The translations under genes and the position numbers were made by a program. Below, piece after piece: positions 53,118-64,000 of a stretch of DNA of 64,000 bases. The DNA lies in NCBI RefSeq assembly GCF_006345805.1, contig NC_043000.1, forward strand, positions 50,220,001 through 50,284,000. The letters run 5' to 3'. This stretch comes from Octopus sinensis. Lineage: Eukaryota. Position 1 is the stretch's first letter. Every line of letters starts with the position of its first letter. The notes below the pieces were generated by a model. It saw nothing but the letters and a program-made list of their open reading frames with translations, was not told the origin of the DNA and did not search any database.

Positions 53118-53245
53118 TTTATTATATAGAAGGAGCTTCTACAGGACTAGAACTGTTTCATTCAAGAGAAATCTTCAGGAAGCCCTGAAGATTTCTCTTG
53201 AATGAAACAGTTCTAGTCCTGTAGAAGCTCCTTCTATATAATAAA
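53118..53245. repeat. Perfect 62-bp inverted repeat with 4-nt loop (fold-back)
   Basis: 53118-53179 is the exact reverse complement of 53184-53245; loop aagc. Confidence 0.97.
53132..53185 (-). ncRNA. Type I hammerhead ribozyme, Penelope-like pLTR type
   Basis: Minus strand gggcttc CTGAAGA t-ttc-tctt-gaa-t GAA acag-ttctagtc-ctGTA gaagctcc: 7-bp stem I (one G-U), 3-bp stem II, 4-bp stem III, GUA cleavage triplet, all core nucleotides present. Confidence 0.85.
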
Positions 53246-54057
53246 AATATATATATATATATATATATATGATGGACTATCAGTTTGTCTTCTTATTTCA
53301 TTCTTGATCTTAAGCACCGAACATATGTTTCCATATGCCCTGCCTCTGTTGAGGCTACACATATCTTACCACACATCAATAAGGGCTTCCTCCAACTCCT
53401 GTTTTCAAAGTATATAGAAACCCCATTCAGTATTTGGAAAAACAGCGTTGGGTTATTCACCTTCTCATCTTATTTTGGACAAATTTCTCATAGAAGTAGA
53501 CATTTTTTTTGTGACATACCTCTCCTAGACTTATTCCTTTGCTTGGAATTGATTGATGTCTAGTATCTATTTCTTTTTTGACTTGTAGCACTAGCGAATG
53601 ATGAGTTACTCTTGTTATAATTTAAGTTTGCATTTTCATTACTTTTTTCTTTGCTAAATTGCAGCTGTCTGTGTTTATAACTGTCTGTTATTTTTTCTGT
53701 ATATCTTTATTTTCTTAAATTTGTTTTAGTGTTTTCAACAATTTCATGAGGTGTATTTGCTACTAACATCTTTGTGACTACTGTCTCCTCTTTCTCTTCT
53801 TGCTCCTTGGGTTGGTATATTCAGCCACCAATAAATAAAACCAAATAGTTATTTGCAAAAATATGTTTACAAAACAAAAATGGGTAAAGAAACAACCTTG
53901 ATTTCCATCAAGGGTATTAGTATGAACATTTAGATATTTCGAAACGCTTTTTTAGTAAGACGCCCCAAAATACCCACTCCAACAACAAATTTCCTTTAAT
54001 TAGCAGTGACAAAATCCAGTTTTTCAGAAGGACTATTACAGACGTCTATTTACAGCA

Positions 54058-54059
54058 AG

Positions 54060-54128
<69 letters not shown>

Positions 54129-54195
54129 CGATGACGACGATGATGACGATGATTATGATGATGATGATGATGGCAATGATGATGATGATGATAAA
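54058..54195. repeat. (GAT)n microsatellite
   Basis: Direct inspection. Confidence 0.95.
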
Positions 54196-56349
54196 CTTTT
54201 CTGACAGGTGTAAAGATAAAATTTAAAAAAAAATTTTTAATACAATAGGGAAGAAATAAGGTAGTTCATTTATATTCTTGTACCTACCATAAATATGTAA
54301 ATATTATTATGCATTATTATTGGCAGATATCTTTTGTAGAATGAGAAGGAATGAACAATTTGCATTAAAAAAAGATATACTAATAAGAAAAATAGAAATA
54401 AAAAACTAGAAACAAGATTAAAAATATGACAAAATTTCAAAAAAAGAAAAAGAAAAAGAAATAAATATATGTAGTGACCTATACAATAAGAATTTACAAA
54501 TGTATATCTTGCTTCCTTTCCTAAAGTTGCATCAATTACTTCGCAAGACCAATTCAAATCATTTTTAATATCATATTTGAATTAGAAAAAATATTAAAAA
54601 AAAAAAATACAGAATTCATTCAATTTTCTGTTATGTATTTATTTTATTCTATTTACTCTATTAAATTTACTTGTCTGTTTTTAGTTAAATGCTTTCTATT
54701 TTCTTCAATAAATATCATGTTAGTTATACTACAGTTGAATGTAATCTCTTAAGCACCTGAGCTTTATTTGACTAACAGTCTTTCTATCAATGGTGTTTGT
54801 CTGTTTCCCTGTCTATCTGTCTGTCTCTCTCTCTGTTACTGACTTTTATACTATCATTTCTACTTCTGTCTCCTCTCACTTTAACTGATTCTATCTGATA
54901 CTTTCTCAGACAGACAACCTAAGTTCACTTTCATTTTCTCTCTTTGGATTTCATTAGACATTCTCTCACACTTCATCTCAAAGTTTAATCAGACATTTTT
55001 CTCTCACTCTTTCTCTACTCCATTGATATTATCTAATTTCTATTTGCTATCTTTTTTTTACTCCCTCTCAATTTCATTCCATTTTTCTCCCTCTTTGCTC
55101 ACCACCACCTTCGCTTTCTATCTCTTTAGACTGTATATCACTAACTTTGTCTCATTTAAAATAACCCCCCCACACACACACACACTTTTCTCTGTAACGC
55201 AGTAACTCTAAGCTTTATCATTCTCTTTCTTTTCCTCACATCTCTATATACTCTCAGTCTCTGTCTCCTTTTCTTTTATATTTTCTGTTTTTTTTTCTTT
55301 CTTATTTACTGCACATTTTAACAAAAGTCAGTTTTACCACAGAAATTCTAAGAGTAATAAAATTGCTGGGGGCAGACTAAATACCTGCACAAAACTCTCT
55401 CAAATTTAAACCATAATTTTGTTTAGTAAACATATTTTCGTAAATAGAACTTCAATTATTAAATATATACTTTTTTGCTTTTTTTTTTAGCATTTATATA
55501 ATTTTTTATTGTAATACTTATGAATTCTAGCAATTCATGTTTACATATTTTGTATGTGTGTATCAATGCTGTCTCATCTAACTTGTACTCCTATTATACG
55601 TATTATAGCTTACTGAGTTTGATCTGCTAGAAATTGCAACCAAATTCCTCTCAAATCACATCTTAACTTCCTTAAAAACAAAGTACCAAAGCAAAAGAGG
55701 GATCACTCATGGTTAGAACACGTTAGATTACAGTTCCGTGCAAAACTCAATAGAGATGAAGTATGCCCCTAAACCTATGAATTAAAACCTATGAATTAAA
55801 AGCAGAAATGGGAGATCCAAATTTAGCTGCAATGGGCCTTCATCATTAGAACTACCATACCAGAGAAAAATTTAAGAAGAAGTCATAAAATGAAAGGCTA
55901 ACATCAAAAGAAGACTACACAATTGTTTGAGTGTTTCAAATACTATTTGAAACACTTAAACATACTGTTTCTGCTTGATCTTTGCAAGAATAATTAGAGT
56001 ATATCCAGAGACATAATCAAGTCTACTGGGCAATATACTGACACTTTGATATGAAAATTATGAAGCAGTATAAGCATATGTTAAGCATGGTACGTGGCAA
56101 TGCTTTGGCTACAAGAATTCTGATACACATATTCAGACAGACGAGTAAACCAAGATGAACAATCCAGATATAATTATCAAGAACACAAACAAAAGTGTCA
56201 GTACCCTGGTAATCATCTTTAGCCTTTCTTACCAAAGAATTGCCCTAGAACTAAAATGAGAAGCTAGCAAGGTACATAGATCTTGAAATTAGAATAAGCA
56301 GCATGGAAGTCATATTGAACCAATAACTACTAAAGCATACCTTTTAGTC

Positions 56350-56370
56350 TGAAGAAGAAGAAGAAGAAGA

Positions 56371-56435
<65 letters not shown>

Positions 56436-56447
56436 CAGCAGCAGCAA
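56350..56447. repeat. Compound (GAA)n(GTA)n(GCA)n microsatellite
   Basis: Direct inspection. Confidence 0.95.
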
Positions 56448-56555
56448 CTGCAATGTCTTTTAAGGATTTCTGAGATTAGTAAGAAATGAGAAAAATTTGT
56501 GATTCTAAAGGTTATTGTTTAACTCCAAATGATCAGCTATGATCAAGTTGACCTG

Positions 56556-56886
56556 TGACCAAAAGCATTCCAGCAGAAACCTTTCAATGTTTCTTCCTAT
56601 TTGCAGTGAACCTGTATACCGCATTACCTGAAACATTCTATTCTAAGAGGATAGGATGTGATTTGAGCAGGATTTGACTGTTATTCCTCACAAGAATATC
56701 AACCATGATGGCTCAAGTGATTAAGTACACCGATGACCAAAAGCATCCCAGCAGAAACCATTTCTGTATTTTACCTATTTGCAGTGAACCTGTAGGTCAC
56801 ATTACCCAACACGTTCTATTTGTAGATAGTAGGGTGTGATTCAAGCAGGATTTGGCTGTTATTCCTAACAGGAATAGCAACCATGT
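56556..56886. repeat. 178-bp tandem duplication of an old interspersed repeat
   Basis: tgaccaaaagcat.ccagcagaaacc...cctatttgcagtgaacctgta...gtgtgatt..agcaggattt at 56556 and 56734; older relatives near 7340-7540, 8440-8640, 57665-57990. Confidence 0.85.
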
Positions 56887-58014
56887 ACAGGTCCTCTGGT
56901 TGGTTCGATGAACTGAGGTTTGCCACAGTAGTAGTGATATTTAGAAAAGAAAGCAGATCTAAATGCTTTCAAAAGAGTGACACCCCTACCCACCTCTCCC
57001 ACTAAATGTCTGTAAAGATCAAGTGGTGATGTTAAACAGGGTGACAGCTTATTTATACTAACCTAGAACAAATACAGTTTATCCAATAGTTTTCATCTAC
57101 CCAATTTCACTTACAAGGCTTAGATTAGCCAGAGGCTTTGTCCAATTACCTTTTAGTGAGATCAAACTTGTAAGCACATGATAGTAAAACAAGCTACTTA
57201 ACCCCAAGCTCATGCCAGCACTAGTGTACATACACATTTATGTATGTATTATGTGTTTATATGTAGCCACATTTGTTTGTATGTGTGTATGAGCCAACAG
57301 TTATTAATACATGTATATGCATATAGTATTCCATTAAATCAGCCAGGAAAATAGCTGTAACATTTATCAAAGCATTAGATAATAAGGTGCATGTGATTGA
57401 TGAGACTAAATAGATCAAAACAGTTAATTGTCACCTACAATCTGCTGATTTCCTGTTTATTGTCATTCATCCCTTTAACGAGCCTTTGTGTGTGTATGTG
57501 TGTGTATGCATATGTATGTGTGTGCATGCGTGCTTGTGTGCAAGCGCATGTGCACACAAGTGCGAGTGTGTATATTTATGATCAATATTTCTGGTGTAAA
57601 CAAATTCACTCTTTTAAGCTGCTAACAAGATAACACAAGCAATAATACATGCTACCAAAATGAGTTGTTGTTTAGCCCCAGGTCAGTATTGGTTGAATAA
57701 ACCTGTGATCCAAGGCTGTCTAGCACTAACCAACCTTTCATTTATTCAGACATAATGCATTTAAAGCTATATTATTTAATGTCTCCTTAGATTTTTTTTG
57801 ATATATGAAGTATGTAATGAAGCATGTTTGACTAATATTTGCATTAGTCACAATATCTGCAAAGGGATTGTGGTGTTGACTTATCTATCAGGCTGTTGTT
57901 GTTTAGCCTAGATCAATTCAAATCAAGCAAGCCTATGATCAAAACAGTTTCAGCGATGACCAGCCTGTCTCCTTCTATATCTGACATTTCCCTTTTTAGT
58001 ATCATAGTATGTAA

Positions 58015-58345
58015 TTCAAGATATATGGCTCAGTGGTTAGTGCATCAGGCTTACAATCATGAGGTTGTGAGTTTGATTCCTAAACCAAGCTGTGAGTAAT
58101 GCTCTTGAGCAAGACGTTTTATTTCACACTACTCCAGTTCGTTCACTCAACTGTAGAAATGTATTGTGATGTCACTGGTGCCAAGCTGTATCTGCCTTTG
58201 CCTCACCCTTGGACAACATCCGTAATGTGGAGAGGGGGTACTAGTATGCATGGGCAACTGCTGGTCTTCCACAAACAATCTTGACTGGACTTGCACCTCA
58301 GAAGGAACTTTCTAGGTACAGTCCCATGGACATTCATGACTGAAG
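58015..58345 (+). mobile_element. SINE family C variant
   Basis: tggctcagtggttag A box, gagtttgattcc B box, cttgagcaagacgttttatttcac core. Confidence 0.8.
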
Positions 58346-59899
58346 GGGTCTTAAATTTTAAAGGTAGATTTGGTGGTTGCTATTCCTATTATGTTGAGGG
58401 ATTGCTTATAATTCACTTCTTAGTTCATGAAAACTAGCAAAACTTAGTGGAAATTAATTCATACAGACTGAATATTAAATGCTTGGGTTTGTCAGAAGTG
58501 TTCAGGCGCACACAAAGATAGTAAGAAATGTTGGCCAAAAGTGAAATCTAGGTTCCATTTTAACAAGGAAAGACACTCAGACAGAAAGTGAAATATAGGT
58601 CTCATTTCAAAGGATCCTTAAATAAACTGTTGTCAATACTTAATATTTATGTAAGGATTACAAGTATATACATAATACATTGTGCACATAATATACTTAC
58701 AAGCAATAGAACAGGATAAAGTTAAAACTATTTATCAAAAATGTAATTCGTTGCCTTCATCAGTAAATAAGTGCTTCTGAATTGCCGACTCATGCTAATG
58801 AACCCACGTGGTCACTCAGCATATATTCAAAATACCTGAAGGCTTATGCTGAGATCATCTACTCCAACACCACCACAACCACCATTACTGTCATTTCTGT
58901 CATAACCTCCCACTGTTGCTCCCATATCTACTCTGACATAGAGTAGCACCTGTCAGGATCCTACACTAGGGCTGTTTGCTAACCTATGCATGTGAAGACT
59001 GGATCTGGCAGACTGCCAAAGAATCTTTCATAACTCAACAGAGAGGAAGGTAGTCACAGCATTACATTGTAGAGTGCAGGAGCAAGATGAGACAAATAAG
59101 ACATCTTGGTCATTCACTGCAGCTGTCTTCATTGCAAGTCATCTTGACTTGGTCTTGCAACTGGATTGGAGATGGTCACAGATGAGAGAGTGGAGTTGAT
59201 GATGTGCAACTCTAGTTCACTTTAAACAAAATCATCACACAAGTCATCAGTCATCCTTGAAGATGACTAGATAGTCTTTGTTGCTCTAATGGACAAACAC
59301 ACACGCTTTTACAAATTGGTTTCAAATTTTGACACAATGCCAGCAAGTTCAGGGGGAAGGGGCTAGTTGATTACATCGACCCTAGGGGTCAACTGGCACT
59401 TATTTTATCAACTCCAGATTCTGGTGGTTGTAGATAATTCACCCTGGGTCATCGCTGGTTACATATGCTCTGTTATATTAATTTTGCTCTGGTGAATAAC
59501 AGCAGGAAATTGGCAGAACTTGCCTTCATGAAAATCACTCACCTCTCTGCTCATAGATGAATTGTCACACCAATTTATAAAACAAAAGAGGTTCCAGAGC
59601 AAATAAAGAGTAGTTGTTTGAGATTATATTACGCACAATGTGATTGGACCATCAATCCAAATCCTATGCAATATTCCACCAATCACAGCACAAGACTCAA
59701 TCAAAGTTCAAAACTCACATGATAGGTAAAACAACCAACCATTACAGATTAACACACTGAGCCTATATCAGTTTAATGTATTCAGTATGTCATAATAGAA
59801 ATTGGTTTCACTACAGATGACAGGCCAATGTGACCTCAGCAGAAATCAAACTCACAGATGAATGCTGCTATTTATTTTACCTGGCTTGCTAATGATTCT

Positions 59900-60129
59900 T
59901 ATTTCTTTATAGCCCACAAGGGACTAAATATAGAGGGGACAAACAAGGACAGACAAAGGGATTAAATTGATTACATCGAGCCCAGTGCATAGCTGGAACT
60001 TAATTTATCGACCCCGAAAGGATGAAAGGCAAAGTTGACCTCGGCAGAATTTGAACTCAGAACATAGTGGCAGATGAAATACGGCTACGTATTTCGCCCG
60101 TCGTGCTAATGTTTCTGCCAGATCACTGC
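59900..60129 (-). mobile_element. SINE family A with 15-bp TSD, inserted into an older SINE A
   Basis: cttgctaatgattct at 59885-59899 and 60130-60144; the flanks are the split head of an older copy. Confidence 0.88.
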
Positions 60130-60529
60130 CTTGCTAATGATTCTGCTAGCTCTCTGCCATTATGCAGCCTTACATATTACCTGTAACCAAGACACATGAA
60201 ATAATAACCTAATAAGATGGATTGTAAGTTACATAGTGTCTGTATCAAATCAAAAAGATAGCAAAGTACTAGTTGCTAGTCTTGGTGACCTCAATGAAGA
60301 GCAAAGGTTATTATAATTTGCATGACAAAAAGACGAAGTTTGAAGGTAGAACAACAAATAACAATGGAAAGCATTAAATGCTGTTTGTGAAAATAATGTT
60401 AGAATTATTTGTTCATATTTAGTTTTACTGCTTTAAGGCAACCATTAAGAAAACTTTCAAAAACAGAAATTTCAGACGATTTCTTAAGATAAGTCAACAT
60501 CCATAAAAGAAGATAACCAAAACATTAAT

Positions 60530-60592
60530 AGCAGTAGTACAAGTACTAGTAGTAGTAGTAGTATTAGTAGCAGTAGTAGTAGTAGCAGCAGC

Positions 60593-60645
<53 letters not shown>

Positions 60646-60665
60646 TAGTAGTAACAATAATAATA
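60530..60665. repeat. (AGT)n/(AGC)n microsatellite
   Basis: Direct inspection. Confidence 0.95.
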
Positions 60666-61060
60666 AAAAAAATGGAATATCTATATATAAGAAAAAGGAG
60701 GACATAACCATATATACTTGTGTACATATGTGTATACCTGCACACATACATCGAAATTTGTTTTTCATACAACACAAGATTGAAGACAATTGAGAGTCCA
60801 TAAACAACTTGTTTACAACTAATAAAATACTGTTAAGCATAGTGATACAAGAAAACAGCGAAATAAATCAAACACACCACCACCGAAAGTGAAAATCAGA
60901 ACAAAACAGGCAAATAAATAAAATTTTATACATACACACACACATGCACAGGCACACACATACATATATATACATATATATATAATGTGTGTGTATATAT
61001 TTATGTATACACCTATATGTACATTCATACACATACAAATACACTCACACAAACACACTC

Positions 61061-61118
<58 letters not shown>

Positions 61119-61156
61119 ATAGATAGATAGATACATAGATAGATAGATATAGATGT

Positions 61157-61198
<42 letters not shown>

Positions 61199-61503
61199 CC
61201 AACATATATATATACCAATATATATATATATAATATATATATGTATATAGATATATACATACACTCACACACACACATATATATATATACATATACACAC
61301 TCATACACACATAGCTAGCTAACTAGCTAGGTAGATAGATAGATAAATGCGGATATTGATATATAGATATTGATGTTTCTAGCTTTGTAGATCTAAAGCT
61401 GGTTTGATGTTTCGCATAGACACAAGCATTAGGTAATTGACTGAGTAGCTAGCCCCTCATGCATGGAAATTGACAAGATTCCATCACATACACACAAATC
61501 TAC

Positions 61504-61552
<49 letters not shown>

Positions 61553-61668
61553 CACCTATATGTATATTCATACACATACAAATACACTCACACAAACACA
61601 CACTCACATATAAATACATATATATATATACATATACATATATATATATATACATACATACATATATA

Positions 61669-61708
<40 letters not shown>

Positions 61709-62451
61709 ATAAGTTACCCAGGCATGTTTGTAGTTAAGTAGTTCCAGATGATGAGGTCCAGGATTTGAACTTAGGAATCCAAGTATGAAGCTAAGTCAAG
61801 AGCCATTTGATTTGTCTCAAGTGCCATACAGTGTCACAAAAGGCAAGACAAGTCACAGCCTTGAGTCAACCCAAGCCGTACGAGTCAGAATAGGGTGACA
61901 GAACAATGCGGAAACTCATCAGATAGACTAGCCTCTGTATATCTGTAATTCAATGAACCAACCAGCCTCGTCATGCGCACACTGACTAAATTATATTTCA
62001 CTTGAGAACAGCGTTAAGGTCACAAATGTCTGTGGGATACTCAGCCACTAACACACTATAAATAAATGAATAGATATTTCACTTGATCAACATATGATCA
62101 ACAACTCATCATCATAACTGACGGAGATCCATTATTAACTATTATTAGTTGTCAGTGAAGTGAAAGCAATTGAAACACAAAGGGCAATATTTCAGATATC
62201 ACTGTTAAATGTGAATAACATGACACATTGTTTAATACGGCACCACATTTCCCAAGTGGTCAAGATATTGACAGTATACAGTAATAAAATGGGAATTGAA
62301 TTCTGGTTAGTCTGCTAGCGGGATTCATTGTATTGCTGTTATACTGATTCATTCAATACTTCAATACTTGTCCACTTAAAGAAAAATTGTTCAGAATATG
62401 TATATATATATGTGTGTATATAAATATATGTGTATGTGTGTGTGAGTATGA

Positions 62452-62488
<37 letters not shown>

Positions 62489-62573
62489 TGCATATAAATA
62501 TGTAGATGCATATGAGCATATACATACATGCATACATGCATATATTTACGTATATATATATATATATACATAC

Positions 62574-62622
<49 letters not shown>

Positions 62623-63106
62623 TAAAGGAGACTACTTTATGCGGCAATAGCTCGAGCTTGGCAAGGCATTTTTATTAAATGCAATGTAAAAGATGTGTAT
62701 GTATACATACATACCTGTATTCATATATACATATATATATATATATACATACATGTATGTATATATATATATATATGTATGTATATATGTGTATATATAT
62801 ATATCTATATCTATATATATATATATATAATATATATATACTCATGTTATATATGTATACTCTGCATACATATCCATAATGTTCATGCATACTTTATAAT
62901 AAATGCATGCAAATGTGTGTGTGTGCATGTTTGTGTGTAAGTGTGTGTGTGCATGTCTGTGTGTGTATATGCATTTGTCTACATATATTAGTGTGCATGT
63001 GTGACATCTGTCTCCTCTCCCAGCAACACCCAAACCAGCCATTTGAAAGAATTTACTCATAACACAATATACAATACATCCCTCTTTATGAACAATATTG
63101 CCTTAC

Positions 63107-63192
63107 AAGCTTTTGGGGTCTGACAGACTCCAGGCTTATGTTTGTCCATGGTGATGCTACAACCCCATAAAAGTTGTGCTTCTTTATCAGAG
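63107..63192 (-). other. Candidate exon with Kozak-context ATG (MDKHKPGVCQTPKA...)
   Basis: Minus strand agttattttatag|ctctg...gcatcaccATGGac...aaagctt|gtaagg, in non-repetitive sequence; no homology recognised. Confidence 0.3.
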
Positions 63193-63478
63193 CTATAAAA
63201 TAACTACAGTCTGATAATCCTTCTTTTACATAATATGGCAAATATTTCCCTCGTAGACAACAGAATTGCTTATATTTACATGAAGCAGAGATGTCATCAT
63301 CTACAAGATACACTCACACAGAGAGACAGATTTACACACGCACTCTCACAGAAGCACACGCATACACACACATATATCTTCTAGATTCCCTGAAAGGAAT
63401 AAACATTTTGGCTGCAAGTTAAACTTTCTTTCCTGCTTATCGATGTCTTGCATTGGTTTTTTTCCTGCTCCTCTTCCT

Positions 63479-63521
<43 letters not shown>

Positions 63522-63679
63522 TACTACTACTACTACAGTATTGAACTTGCCTGTAACCCATTAGCATTCAGATTGCTCTGTCAAATATAAGGCTTAATTA
63601 TTCATATTGTTTTGCATAAAGCAAACATACCTTGTCGCTTCAAGATTTTGATAATGTGATTATTTTAAGAATGGCATCG

Positions 63680-64000
63680 TAGGTTAGGCGAGCTGGCAGA
63701 AACGTTAGCACGCCGGGCAAAATGCTTAGCGGTATTTCGTCTGCCGCTACGTTCCGAGTTCAAATTCTGTAAAAGTCGACTTTGCCTTTCATCCTTTCGG
63801 GGTCGATAAATTTAGTACTAGTTACGCACTGGTGTCAATGTAATCAACTTAATCCTTTTGTCTGTCCGTGTTTGTCCTGTCTATGTTTAGCCCCTTGTGG
63901 GCAATAAAGAAATAAGAAACGTTAGCACACCGGGCGAAATGCATAGCCATATATCGTCTGCCATTACTTTTTAAGTTCAAATTCCGCCGAGGTCGACTTT
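63680..64000 (+). mobile_element. SINE family A head-to-tail dimer (runs off the window end)
   Basis: Full copy 63680-63918 followed at aagaa|acgttagc by a second, head-truncated copy. Confidence 0.9.

Noticed and set aside
58741-58765. Minus-strand CTGATGAAGGCAACGAAT hammerhead-like core
   Set aside because: GAAA is broken and there is no credible stem II or cleavage site.
63086-63313. 75-aa ORF as a standalone gene
   Set aside because: No homology recognised; it is better considered only as the exon candidate in another frame.

Overview
AT-rich eukaryotic genomic DNA saturated with (TA)n/(CA)n and trinucleotide microsatellites and with interspersed repeats. The SINE, RTE and MITE families look like those of an Octopus (cephalopod) genome; this is recognised from memory, not searched. 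No long ORF and no confidently identifiable host protein-coding exon is present, so the window reads as intron or intergenic DNA, and almost all ORFs in the supplied track are microsatellite or SINE translations. Supported content: (1) three tRNA-derived SINE families in many copies, including nested, self-inserted and inverted pairs; (2) fossil non-LTR retrotransposons of the CRE, R4/Dong and RTE clades, one RTE copy lacking its whole RT domain by an in-frame deletion; (3) Helitron/HINE-like elements, a mariner 5' end, TTAA-type MITEs and a long-TIR MITE; (4) an 82-nt U6 snRNA retrocopy at 33567-33648; (5) type I hammerhead ribozyme motifs on the minus strand, one fully foldable copy inside a perfect 62-bp fold-back palindrome (53118-53245) and a 339-bp-spaced direct-repeat pair (47606-48063) resembling a Penelope-type pLTR pair or retrozyme. 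All of the foldable hammerhead motifs carry a non-canonical mismatch at the 10.1:11.1 position. A few minus-strand exon candidates are reported at low confidence.
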